A stretch of 64,000 nt of DNA from Patescibacteria group bacterium (GTDB taxonomy: Bacteria; Patescibacteriota; Minisyncoccia; Phycocordibacterales; PALSA-1337): contig JAZKBV010000002.1 of NCBI GenBank assembly GCA_040388415.1, positions 63,383 through 127,382 of the forward strand, read 5' to 3'. Under the pieces are notes generated by a model, which saw only the letters and a program-made list of their open reading frames with translations, made no database searches and was not told where the DNA came from. Shown in pieces: positions 1 to 8,364 of this stretch (the stretch's first letter is position 1; the number at the start of each line of letters is the position of its first letter). A program made the translations under genes and the position numbers.

Positions 1-177
1 GATGAAGTTCCTCACAAACTCTTGTTGAAGTCGCACAAACTGGTCATGCCTCTACTTGTTATTTACATCGATGCCGTCGACCCTGAAAGCGTTCGCGAGA
101 TCCTTCTCAAGTATATTGCCGAGACTGAACATCATGAACCATTTTTGAAGCACGTTCTCGAAGGCCTTGGTTTCTAA
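1..177 (+). CDS. hypothetical protein, C-terminal fragment (5' end outside window)
   Basis: Frame is open from the window edge to TAA at 175-177 (...KHVLEGLGF*). Convergent with truB. No recognisable motif. Confidence 0.3.
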   Translation, partial: DEVPHKLLLKSHKLVMPLLVIYIDAVDPESVREILLKYIAETEHHEPFLKHVLEGLGF

Positions 178-196
178 TATAAATATTATTCACAGA

Positions 197-991
197 CTAT
201 TGGAGAGTAAAATCTCCAATTTTTGTACGCTTGATGCTCCAAGCCAATGCTCGCATACCGAATGATTCGCCAAGCTTTTCTGCAAGCGTTCTCATGTAGG
301 CGCCTGAAGATGCGTGTACTTTTAATTTTATTATTTGAAATTGTCCTCGCGTTTCTACCTCATCTTGAAGTAACTGTTTCCACAAACTAAGTATCTCTTC
401 CTGTCTGAAATCCCCTTTCACTTTTGAAATGCGCCCGATCGCAGTCTCAACTAATTCGTGCTTTGAAATTTCATACATACCGAGAAAGTCGATTGAATAA
501 ATCTCGATTTCTTTTTCTGGCATTTCAATATCATTAAAATTCCCTCCTCCAAGAGCTACTTCACGAGCGTGCATGAATAAAGGTTTACCGTCAACCGGCT
601 TTGAAGAGTACGCGGGATATTTTTCTAGGCGCTTACCGACGAGAAGTTTTAACTTTTCCTGAATGACTTGTTCTGAAAACTGCGAAGGAATTTTATCATT
701 TGATATTAGATCATCATTGACCCGTTTTATTTTTCCAAGCACATCCCCTGTATCACTACTTATCCCCAATAGAACTTCGATTTCGTATTCCTTATCGAGT
801 CCCAAATACTGCTCTTTCTTTTTACATTCGTCACCAACAAGGATGAGGAGAAGGCCTTCCGCCATAGGATCGAGGCGTCCGGCGTATGTCATTGGCACTG
901 ACGCATCTATCCCCTGTTCACGACGAAGTTGCTCGAGAGCTTCGAGGGGTGTGGCACCGAGGGGTTTATTAACGAGAAAATAATGTGGCAT
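197..991 (-). CDS. truB: tRNA pseudouridine(55) synthase TruB
   Basis: 264-aa ORF with the TruB catalytic region (YAGRLDPMAEGLLLILVG) and a PUA-like C-terminus. ATG start at 989-991. Confidence 0.9.
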   Translation of the reverse strand: MPHYFLVNKPLGATPLEALEQLRREQGIDASVPMTYAGRLDPMAEGLLLILVGDECKKKEQYLGLDKEYEIEVLLGISSDTGDVLGKIKRVNDDLISNDKIPSQFSEQVIQEKLKLLVGKRLEKYPAYSSKPVDGKPLFMHAREVALGGGNFNDIEMPEKEIEIYSIDFLGMYEISKHELVETAIGRISKVKGDFRQEEILSLWKQLLQDEVETRGQFQIIKLKVHASSGAYMRTLAEKLGESFGMRALAWSIKRTKIGDFTLQ

Positions 992-1131
992 GAGCTCATT
1001 GTTGCATATTCTCCGGAATCGGTCACAGGTCTCGGCTTGCTATTCGTTTTGTTTTGGTGCCCACAGCTTTTTTTCTGCTGAAAAAGGCCGCGGGCCCACC
1101 TCGCGCCGTCGCGCTCCGGTCGGCACCATTT

Positions 1132-1159
1132 AAAAAAAGCGAAGTGATTCGCTTTTTTT
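1132..1159. terminator. rho-independent terminator hairpin (bidirectional)
   Basis: aaaaaaaGCGAAgtgaTTCGCttttttt: perfect 5-bp GC stem extended by an A7/T7 run. Lies directly 3' of the minus-strand tRNA region. Confidence 0.6.
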
Positions 1160-1162
1160 AAA

Positions 1163-1190
1163 TGGTGCCCCCGGTAGGAATCGAAGCTTA
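1163..1190 (-). other. tRNA-like 3'-terminal fragment (T-arm, acceptor 3' strand and CCA), a duplicate of the 3' end of the adjacent tRNA-Arg
   Basis: A 21-nt identity (gtgcccccggtaggaatcgaa) with the 3' end of the tRNA at 1318-1389, plus an encoded CCA. I could not find a 5' acceptor strand complementary to CGGGGGC nearby, so it does not fold as a complete tRNA. Confidence 0.45.
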
Positions 1191-1317
1191 CAGCTTCAGT
1201 ACAGGTCTCGTATGGTGCTCACTTCGTTCCGCTCCATATACTCGACCTTTTCGATTCCTACACGCAAAGCACGCAGGTGCTTTGCTCGGGTTCAAAAAAC
1301 TCACTTCGTTCGTTTTG

Positions 1318-1389
1318 TGCCCCCGGTAGGAATCGAACCTACATTGCAAGATCCGCAATCTTGCGTCCTATCCATTGAACGACGAGGGC
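1318..1389 (-). tRNA. tRNA-Arg, anticodon GCG by my reading; CCA not encoded
   Basis: Manual cloverleaf: acceptor GCCCTCG/CGGGGGC, T-arm GTAGG-TTCGATT-CCTAC, anticodon stem CAAGA/TCTTG with loop TTGCGGA. Followed by CAA rather than CCA. Confidence 0.75.
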
Positions 1390-1433
1390 AGTTGAAATAC
1401 GATACCACACCTTTACCAAAATACAAAAGAAAA

Positions 1434-1460
1434 ACCGCCTGGTGAGATTCACGAGGCGGT
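1434..1460 (-). terminator. rho-independent terminator of rpsT
   Basis: ACCGCCT ... AGGCGGT 7-bp stem followed on the minus strand by a U-run (A-run on the plus strand at 1427-1433). Confidence 0.6.
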
Positions 1461-1470
1461 TTTCTCGAAG

Positions 1471-1734
1471 CTATGCAATCTTCGCGAGCGCCGCCATCAC
1501 ACGAGACTTGGTACGTGATGAAGCGTTCACTTTGATAAAACCAGTCTTGACTGCCTTATCGAGAGCCTGATAGATGACAGGGACAAGCTTTGCTGCTGCA
1601 ACCTTATCCTTTGCGAGGACGAGCTTACGGAATGCTTTGACGTTCTTTTCAATATCTGACTTGCGGCGGAGATTGAAAACACGCTTCTTTTTTGAAGCAC
1701 GGAGGGCCTTTTTAGCTGAAGATGTAATTGCCAT
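1471..1734 (-). CDS. rpsT: 30S ribosomal protein S20
   Basis: 87 aa, Lys/Ala-rich: MAITSSAKKALRASKKKRVFNLRRKS... Typical S20 N-terminus and length. Confidence 0.9.
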   Translation of the reverse strand: MAITSSAKKALRASKKKRVFNLRRKSDIEKNVKAFRKLVLAKDKVAAAKLVPVIYQALDKAVKTGFIKVNASSRTKSRVMAALAKIA

Positions 1735-1806
1735 ATGATTTAAATGTCCTTGAAAGGTAACATATCACTTAAAAAATGGCAAGAAACTACCGCCAAAAAG
1801 CGTAGA

Positions 1807-1815
1807 TGCTATAAT
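1807..1815 (+). promoter_or_regulatory. extended -10 promoter element (TGcTATAAT) positioned for a leaderless ruvA mRNA
   Basis: TGCTATAAT, then ctaccc, then ATG at 1822. The spacing would put the transcription start at or next to the start codon. No Shine-Dalgarno sequence. Confidence 0.35.
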
Positions 1816-1821
1816 CTACCC

Positions 1822-2400
1822 ATGATCGCTACCCTACGCGGACAAGTCACCGAACTCGGCAATCGCTATGCTGTCGTTGAAATAGCTAATATCGGCTATA
1901 AAGTATTTCTGACTGATGATTCTATTCATTCATTGAAAGTAGGCACTGAGACATTCCTCTCTATATACAATGTCATTCGTGAAGATGCCAATGACCTCTA
2001 CGGATTCGTATCACGAAAAGAACGTGACTTCTTTGAGCTTCTCATCAGTATCTCTGGTATCGGCCCCAAGAGTGCACTCAATATCATGTCCCTCGTTTCG
2101 AGCGACACTCTCGTTTCCGCTATCCGCAGTGGCTCAACTTCGCATCTCGTGAAGGTTTCAGGTATCGGTCGCAAGACAGCTGAAAAGATCGTGCTCGAAC
2201 TCAAAGACAAGCTTGCTCCATTTGCAGTCAGCCATGACAGTGAATACTCCGCTGAGATCTCAAGTGATATGGATGCCGTCGAAGCCCTCATGGCACTTGG
2301 CTTCAGTGCAGATGAAAGTCGCGAGGCACTCAAGAAGATAGATAAGAGCATCTCGGCGACAGGCGCCAAGGTAAAGGCGGCGTTGAAGATGCTTTCTTAA
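1822..2400 (+). CDS. ruvA: Holliday junction DNA helicase subunit RuvA
   Basis: MIATLRGQVTELG... matches the RuvA N-terminus (MIGxLxG). Helix-hairpin-helix region GIGPKSALNI and GIGRKTAEKIV. The tracked ORF starts at 1744; an internal ATG at 1822 is preferred. Confidence 0.85.
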   Translation: MIATLRGQVTELGNRYAVVEIANIGYKVFLTDDSIHSLKVGTETFLSIYNVIREDANDLYGFVSRKERDFFELLISISGIGPKSALNIMSLVSSDTLVSAIRSGSTSHLVKVSGIGRKTAEKIVLELKDKLAPFAVSHDSEYSAEISSDMDAVEALMALGFSADESREALKKIDKSISATGAKVKAALKMLS

Positions 2401-2429
2401 AAACCATCTAAATATGCTAGAGTAGACTC

Positions 2430-3701
2430 ATGCTCGATTCATTCCTCGCCAAAACTCGCAATTGGATCCCTACCTCCATCTTCCGTATCGCTAATCCGCT
2501 CTATCACCGCTCGCTCGCTTTCATCGCTGCCTGCATATACCGCTTCCCTTCTCGCCACATCAAAGTCATCGCTGTCACTGGTACCAAAGGCAAAAGCTCA
2601 ACAGTTGAGATCTTGAATGCGATCCTCGAAGAGGCTGGCTACAAAACTGCATTAACCAATACTATCCGCTTCAAAATCGGTGGTGCCACATCGGACAATC
2701 TCTACAAGATGAGCATGCCTGGACGTTTCTTCATGCAAAAATTTTTGCGCGACGCCGTAAACCATAAATGTGATTATGCCATCCTCGAAATGACCTCTCA
2801 AGGTGCTATCACCTATCGTCATCTCTTCATCGACATGGATGCATTTGTCTTCACCAATATCTCTCCTGAACATATCGAAGCTCACGGCTCATACGAGCAC
2901 TATTTGAATGCAAAAATATCTATCGCACGCCGTCTCGGCCTTTCAGGTAAAAAAAATCGCGTGATGATAGCTAATGGCGACGACAAGGAAGTCGAGAAAT
3001 TCCTTGCCTGCGATGCTGACCAGAAGATGCGCTTCCATATATCAGATGTCAAACCGTATGAGATACAGAAAGAAGGCCTCCGTTTTACTTTGAACGCAAA
3101 AACCGTTTCATCACAGCTCTCTGGACTTTTCAATCTCTATAATATCCTCGCGGCAATAACCGCAGCGCAGAGCCAGGGCATTTCACATGACATCATCGTG
3201 CGCGCTGTCGAACGATTCAATGGCATAAAGGGTCGCGTCGAACTGATCGATGCGGGGCAAGATTTCAAAGTGGTCGTCGACTATGCCCACACCCCAGACT
3301 CACTCGAAAAGGTATATCAAGTCTTCCAATCATCGCGCAATATCTGCATCCTCGGTGGAACAGGAGGTGGACGCGACACATGGAAACGTACAGAGATGGG
3401 ACGTATTGCTGACGAATACTGCGACGAGGTTATCTTGACCGATGAAGACCCGTATGATGAGGATCCAGAAAGCATTGTGCACGATGTCGCCAAAGGCATG
3501 GCACACCCTCCAACTATTATTATGGACCGTCGTCTCGCTATCAGAGAAGGCATCAAGCGCGCGCAGACAGGCGACGTAGTCATCATCACCGGCAAAGGAA
3601 CTGACCCTTATATCATGGGTCCTCAAGGCACAAAAACACCATGGAGTGATTCAAAAATTGCTCGGGAAGAAATAGAGAAAGTACTTGCGGCAACTAACTA
3701 G
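2430..3701 (+). CDS. murE: Mur ligase family protein, MurE-like (UDP-MurNAc-tripeptide synthetase)
   Basis: P-loop VIAVTGTKGKSST, DYAHTPDSLEKV and a C-terminal VILTDEDPYDEDPESI region resembling the MurE DNPR/amino-acid-binding segment. The N-terminal domain appears shortened. Confidence 0.6.
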   Translation: MLDSFLAKTRNWIPTSIFRIANPLYHRSLAFIAACIYRFPSRHIKVIAVTGTKGKSSTVEILNAILEEAGYKTALTNTIRFKIGGATSDNLYKMSMPGRFFMQKFLRDAVNHKCDYAILEMTSQGAITYRHLFIDMDAFVFTNISPEHIEAHGSYEHYLNAKISIARRLGLSGKKNRVMIANGDDKEVEKFLACDADQKMRFHISDVKPYEIQKEGLRFTLNAKTVSSQLSGLFNLYNILAAITAAQSQGISHDIIVRAVERFNGIKGRVELIDAGQDFKVVVDYAHTPDSLEKVYQVFQSSRNICILGGTGGGRDTWKRTEMGRIADEYCDEVILTDEDPYDEDPESIVHDVAKGMAHPPTIIMDRRLAIREGIKRAQTGDVVIITGKGTDPYIMGPQGTKTPWSDSKIAREEIEKVLAATN

Positions 3702-4990
3702 ATCGTACTCACACCGAAATTTGTATTGAGCACTTCAAGCGTCTTTTGTCCCATGATGCTATTTTCACCGGTGATGCCATATTTTTTCTGAAATGACTGG
3801 AGGGCTTGTTGTGTGCAGGGGCCAAGCTTCCCTGTGCGCGGACAATCAGTCAGACCTTTTGTAGCTGGCGGATATTCACCATCAACGAGAAGCGCTGACT
3901 GAAGCGCGAATACATCGACATTCTGTGCATTCTTTTCTGAGACTATTTTTTTCCATGAGTGAGGCAGAGCGACAGTGTCGTAGAGACGACTCACTGACGC
4001 AGTATCATCACTCACGCCGAAGAAATCCTGCAGGCCGAGATATGTTTGAAATGCGAGATCCTTGAGCGCAAGGTCACGCGTCGTCGCATTGAGAAACTGA
4101 GGCTCGTATATATATCCGTACTCTATCAACATGCTTGCCGCATCAGATGTGTCATGCGCGCCAAGTGCAATAAGGTCAGGATCTTCGATGATGCCAGTAG
4201 ACTCTCCTGAGAGATCGCTGACTGGATTGTATTTAATGAGACGCTTAAAGACTGTCTCTGCTATGCCCTTACTCGTCGTACTATTGGCGTACTGATGCTC
4301 AGGAATATATATCGCGAACCCCGTATGGTCACCGGGCGTGCGGCTACCGTGACCTGGCGCATCATTGAAATGTATATGCACCATGATATCTATGTCGTTT
4401 TCATTCGCCCATTTGCTGATGCCGTAGAGACGGTACGCTACATTATCCGGCGCCTTATTATGATAGACCGTAGTTACCGGAACTGTCGCTTGGCCGACAG
4501 AGATACGATGGACCATATCTTCCGCTGAGGCTTTTTGCCAATCGATGATGTCCTGCCAATTATTTTTAAAATAATCAGCAAATGGCTCCGACCATTCATT
4601 TCCATCTCGGGTAACAAATACTTCATAATGAGTATTCGATTTCAGATAAGTCGCTAGATCTTGCGCAAGTTCTCTATTCATATCGCGCTCCTTAAGTGCG
4701 CCATATTCTGCCCCACCATAATTCGGCTCATGGCCTGGAACAATCAATATGCGAACCTTGTCATATATTCGATGAGTACTCACTTCTGCGAGCGGTATGA
4801 TCGGTGGTGAATAACGAGACTTGAGATCCAAGATCGTCTTTGGATTGTGACTCAAGACGACAGCAGCCAACTGGTCGGTGGCGCGCGAAAAAAGTTCGGC
4901 GATATACTCAGTTTCCTTCCCAAAGTGAGAGGCAACGGCCGGAATACCGAAGAGCATCAATGCAAAAATAGTGACAAGGTAGTACTTCAC
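3698..4990 (-). CDS. N-acetylmuramoyl-L-alanine amidase (Amidase_3) with C-terminal peptidoglycan-binding domain; signal peptide
   Basis: ILIVPGHEPNYGGAEY...VFVTRD...IHFNDAPGHGSRTPG is an Amidase_3-like zinc-binding pattern. The C-terminal ...KKYGITGENSIMGQKTLEVL is PG_binding_1-like. GTG start. Confidence 0.8.
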   Translation of the reverse strand: MKYYLVTIFALMLFGIPAVASHFGKETEYIAELFSRATDQLAAVVLSHNPKTILDLKSRYSPPIIPLAEVSTHRIYDKVRILIVPGHEPNYGGAEYGALKERDMNRELAQDLATYLKSNTHYEVFVTRDGNEWSEPFADYFKNNWQDIIDWQKASAEDMVHRISVGQATVPVTTVYHNKAPDNVAYRLYGISKWANENDIDIMVHIHFNDAPGHGSRTPGDHTGFAIYIPEHQYANSTTSKGIAETVFKRLIKYNPVSDLSGESTGIIEDPDLIALGAHDTSDAASMLIEYGYIYEPQFLNATTRDLALKDLAFQTYLGLQDFFGVSDDTASVSRLYDTVALPHSWKKIVSEKNAQNVDVFALQSALLVDGEYPPATKGLTDCPRTGKLGPCTQQALQSFQKKYGITGENSIMGQKTLEVLNTNFGVSTI

Positions 4991-5046
4991 GCAGATATTA
5001 TAACTTATTTTTTACCTGTGCTCTTGCGCCTTGTGCACTTTATACT

Positions 5047-5052
5047 TACTAT
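5047..5052 (+). promoter_or_regulatory. -10 box (TACTAT) 6 nt upstream of the mutM ATG (leaderless pattern)
   Basis: tactat, then gcccat, then ATG at 5059. Confidence 0.3.
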
Positions 5053-5058
5053 GCCCAT

Positions 5059-6018
5059 ATGCCTGAACTACCAGAAGTACAAACGACCGTTACCGGACTG
5101 AACCGAACTATTGCCGGACTGCATATCACGGATGTGTGGACTGACTACAACAGCCCGTATTTTGCCGGATCAAAAACCATCAAGGATCCAGTGTATTTCA
5201 AACAATTTAAAAAGGAGGTGCTTGGTAGAAAGGTCATTTCTGTCACCCGTCGAGCAAAGAATATACTGATCCACTTAGAGTCAAGTCAGAAAAAAGAAGC
5301 GGTGTCGACCATCCTTATCCACATGAAAATGACTGGGCATATCATCATCGGACGATATGTATTTGATGGAAAAAAGAAAAAGGACCCTTGGACGCCCGCG
5401 CCCAATGAACGAAAAGCACTTCATGACCCTTTCAATCGCTTCATTCATTTTGTCATTACTTTTTCTAATAAAAAACAGCTCGTTCTCTCTGATATGAGAA
5501 AATTCGGTAAAGTGGCATTGATCAATGATTCAGAACACCTAAAAGACCTTGGACCAGAGCCACTCGATACGAGCTTCACCTATACCCTTTTCAAAGAGCG
5601 CCTCAACAAAAAAACAGTGGGAAAAATAAAGACGGTGCTTATGGATCAAAGTATAATTTCGGGCGTGGGCAACATATATAGCGACGAAGCGCTCTGGCGC
5701 GCGGGCATCCATCCAGAGGAACGTGTCAAAAATATTTCTGATGAATTATTAAAAAAACTATACACAGCGACGCAAGCAGTACTTGAGAAAGGAATTGATT
5801 TTGGTGGAGACTCAATGTCTGATTATAGGAACATCGACGGCGAACGTGGAAAATTCCAAGAACAACACCAAGCCTATAGAAAAACGGGTAAACCATGCCT
5901 CAAAAAGATTGACGGTAAAATCTGCACGGGGATCATTCAAAGAAAAGTCGTCGGCGGACGAAGTGCTCATTTTTGCACTGTTCATCAGAGATTGCAGACT
6001 GTAAACGCGAAAAACTAA
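5059..6018 (+). CDS. mutM: formamidopyrimidine-DNA glycosylase (Fpg/MutM)
   Basis: The MPELPEVQTTV N-terminus has the catalytic Pro2 and Glu3. C-terminal zinc finger CLKK...CTG...CTVHQ. Confidence 0.9.
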   Translation: MPELPEVQTTVTGLNRTIAGLHITDVWTDYNSPYFAGSKTIKDPVYFKQFKKEVLGRKVISVTRRAKNILIHLESSQKKEAVSTILIHMKMTGHIIIGRYVFDGKKKKDPWTPAPNERKALHDPFNRFIHFVITFSNKKQLVLSDMRKFGKVALINDSEHLKDLGPEPLDTSFTYTLFKERLNKKTVGKIKTVLMDQSIISGVGNIYSDEALWRAGIHPEERVKNISDELLKKLYTATQAVLEKGIDFGGDSMSDYRNIDGERGKFQEQHQAYRKTGKPCLKKIDGKICTGIIQRKVVGGRSAHFCTVHQRLQTVNAKN

Positions 6019-6524
6019 TTTACATCGAGCAGTCGATAAAGGAATATACCTGCGGATACTGACACATTGAGAGATTCTTTTTTACCTTGAAGAGGTATCT
6101 CAGCGATAACGTCTACCAAATCCAACAATGGCTTTGATACTCCTTCAACTTCATTGCCGAGAATGATGACGACTTTATTTTTTGAAGATGATGCGAGGCT
6201 GATCTGCTTATAGTCGAGCGACTGTGGCGACTGCTCGAGCGCGACAATCTTTGCTCCAGCTTTTTTGAGCTTATTCACAAGGGTAACACCGTCATCGATC
6301 AGTTCCCAAGGCACATGCTCTTCTGCGCCCAAAGCGACTTTTGCAAAATCTGGGCGCTTGTTACCGAAACGGTCATGTGGCGTCGGGGTCGTTCCGACAC
6401 AATATATCTTTGAAATACCGAGCGTCTCAGCAGTTCTAAAAATAGAGCCGACATTATGGACACTACGGATATTATCGAGTAACAAATATGCCTCTCGCCT
6501 TTTCTGCTTGTTTTCTGCTATCAT
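6015..6524 (-). CDS. SpoU/TrmH-family RNA 2'-O-methyltransferase
   Basis: SPOUT motifs LLLDNIRSVHNVGSIFRTAE, IILGNEVEGVS and LNVSVSAGIFLYRL. Internal ATG preferred as start. Confidence 0.75.
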   Translation of the reverse strand: MIAENKQKRREAYLLLDNIRSVHNVGSIFRTAETLGISKIYCVGTTPTPHDRFGNKRPDFAKVALGAEEHVPWELIDDGVTLVNKLKKAGAKIVALEQSPQSLDYKQISLASSSKNKVVIILGNEVEGVSKPLLDLVDVIAEIPLQGKKESLNVSVSAGIFLYRLLDVN

Positions 6525-6560
6525 TACTCTACAGTAACGTAACCTAACCATAACATCAAC

Positions 6561-6929
6561 ATGCTTTCCCTCTTCCCTTCACTGCTCGCGTATGAACAAG
6601 TCGGCCCACTCATCATCCGTCTCGTCCTCGGTATCACCCTTCTTTATTTCGGTTATGAAAAATTGATTAAAAAAGGCACAAGCTCCGGCAGTAACGCAAA
6701 AGGATACGGGGCGGTCGAAGTCATCATCGCGCTCTTCCTCATCATTGGTCTCTTCACCCAGCTCGCTGCCCTCCTCAATGCAGTCATCCTCATCATCAAA
6801 CTGAGCTTCAAGGCGCGTGACGGAAAACTACTCAATGATGGCATCAACTACTATGTCCTCCTCTTGGCTATGGCTATCGCCGTCATCTTTATGGGACCAG
6901 GACTTTTTGCATATGATTTGCATATTTAA
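6561..6929 (+). CDS. DoxX-family membrane protein
   Basis: 122 aa with 3-4 TM helices. The N-terminus LIIRLVLGITLLYFGYEKL is DoxX-like. Confidence 0.65.
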   Translation: MLSLFPSLLAYEQVGPLIIRLVLGITLLYFGYEKLIKKGTSSGSNAKGYGAVEVIIALFLIIGLFTQLAALLNAVILIIKLSFKARDGKLLNDGINYYVLLLAMAIAVIFMGPGLFAYDLHI

Positions 6930-7040
6930 GGATTTCTAAGTATAGTTTGCATTGTCTTTGTATTTGAAATTCTGGTCAAAAATTTCTCCTGGCTCCGCCA
7001 TCAGAAATCTTTTGATCCGAATTTTGTAAAATCAAAATTC

Positions 7041-7113
7041 GCGCCCATAGCTCAGTCGGTAGAGCAACTCCCTTTTAAGGAGTGGGTCGTTGGTTCGATT
7101 CCAACTGGGCGCA
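7041..7113 (+). tRNA. tRNA-Lys (anticodon TTT); CCA not encoded
   Basis: Acceptor GCGCCCA/TGGGCGC, anticodon stem ACTCC/GGAGT with loop CTTTTAA, T-arm GTTGG-TTCGATT-CCAAC. Confidence 0.85.
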
Positions 7114-7167
7114 CAGCAAAACAAAATCTGCCCAACCACAAATCCTACCCGGTGCTATACTTAGAGC

Positions 7168-7440
7168 ATGAGAACCTATGTTTTCTTTCTCCTAATGCTT
7201 GCGGGCTGTGTCGCCTTGGCCTACTACCAAGACAAGTGGTTGCCACAGGTGATCGATTTTACTTTTCAAAAAAGCACACCAACAAAAAATGCTGACGATG
7301 CTGATCGCGCCCTCTATGAAAAATACAAATCATTTATCTACACCGAACCATATGAAGAATGCTACGTGCGTTGCGCCCAAGATGGTTTTGAAGCTTTCAA
7401 GTTTTGCGCGGTTTCAAATAAGTGTGCATCCATAAAATAG
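7168..7440 (+). CDS. small Cys-containing secreted/lipoprotein-like hypothetical protein
   Basis: 90 aa with an N-terminal hydrophobic segment and LAGC lipobox-like motif, and 4 Cys. Confidence 0.45.
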   Translation: MRTYVFFLLMLAGCVALAYYQDKWLPQVIDFTFQKSTPTKNADDADRALYEKYKSFIYTEPYEECYVRCAQDGFEAFKFCAVSNKCASIK

Positions 7441-7507
7441 ATACCACTCCAATAAAAAATCCGGATCGCACTGTGGTGCAATCCGGAGGTGAACGAGAGC
7501 TTGAGAG

Positions 7508-8149
7508 CTATTTTGAAGCAAGAGGAGCAGTTGGTTGCTGTTCGGAAACCACATAAGAGACAATCTCTCCAGAACGCGCCGACTCGTGGGTCAGAGCTTG
7601 CTGGGTGTAAATGTCCGACAACCTCTTTGCGATGAGCATCGGAGGGTCAATGGTAATGAGTTTGTCTGTTTGAATGACCTTCTTTCCCACATCCAAACGC
7701 TGAACTGCAATCAACTGATAATTCACCAGCTTATTTTTAGGCAACGTACCAGAGACTATGTTTCTTCCGGACATTTGGTCCGTGTTGGCGTATCCCCTGT
7801 AGATCCAACCCTCGACCGACCCCACATTCACGTAGCTTCCACCGATCAGCTGCCACACATGGGCAGTAAAATACATGCCTCGGTAGCCCCACGGATCGAC
7901 TGAGCAGTCTTCGTTCCTGACTGAAACAAACGTGAGATGCTCAAGCTCATTACTGGTCGGCAATGGATCCTTGAACATTTGATACTGTCCGGTATTATGA
8001 TCATCGAGATATGTTGCTTTGTACGTATCCACGATGCCGTATCGTTTAACGTTTAGGCGAATGTCCGTAAGATATGCGCCCCATGCGACATAAAGTATCA
8101 CTGCGATAACCACAGACCACGCAAAGGTCTTAAAAAGAATTTTTTTCAT
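7508..8149 (-). CDS. hypothetical membrane-anchored protein
   Basis: 213 aa with an N-terminal TM helix (FAWSVVIAVILYVAWGAY). No recognisable catalytic motif. Confidence 0.5.
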   Translation of the reverse strand: MKKILFKTFAWSVVIAVILYVAWGAYLTDIRLNVKRYGIVDTYKATYLDDHNTGQYQMFKDPLPTSNELEHLTFVSVRNEDCSVDPWGYRGMYFTAHVWQLIGGSYVNVGSVEGWIYRGYANTDQMSGRNIVSGTLPKNKLVNYQLIAVQRLDVGKKVIQTDKLITIDPPMLIAKRLSDIYTQQALTHESARSGEIVSYVVSEQQPTAPLASK

Positions 8150-8364
8150 TTGAACTGTCCTTTCTGTTGGTTTGTTGTTTGTTTATATTGTCAAATTCGT
8201 TTTATATAATAGCACTTATTAATATATAAGTCAATGTTCTTCTGAGAAGTTTTTTTGACAATACGTATATACGTGTGCTAGGTTTTGAACGAATGAGCTA
8301 CTGGGTCACAAGCGTTTTGTGCCCTTAAACCATAGCCCCTAGTACAGTCCACTGACAAAACCAT

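Noticed and set aside
663-983. Antisense ORFs inside well-supported genes, such as 663-983 (+), 1970-2152, 1998-2369, 11527-12000, 14385-14981, 41638-42609, 44916-45404 and 47108-47407
   Set aside because: Each lies entirely within a longer ORF with clear family motifs on the other strand or frame. Their compositions are low-complexity (Ser/Arg/Pro-rich), typical of out-of-frame translation.
1163-1250. Attempt to fold 1163-1250 as a complete class-II tRNA
   Set aside because: No 5' strand complementary to the CGGGGGC acceptor 3' strand is present (no G[CT]5G within 120 nt), and the T-stem has an A-C mismatch. It is retained only as a 3' fragment.
1212-1445. 77-aa plus-strand ORF spanning the tRNA region
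   Set aside because: It overlaps the tRNA-Arg gene and the tRNA 3' fragment on the opposite strand. Its peptide (…FVPPVGIEPT…) is simply the translation of the tRNA T-arm. No coding signal.
2430-3701. Alternative call of the Mur ligase as MurF, FolC or CapB
   Set aside because: The DYAHTPD motif and the C-terminal D-x-D-P-x-x-E-D-P segment resemble MurE more than MurF or FolC. Confidence remains moderate because the N-terminal domain is short.
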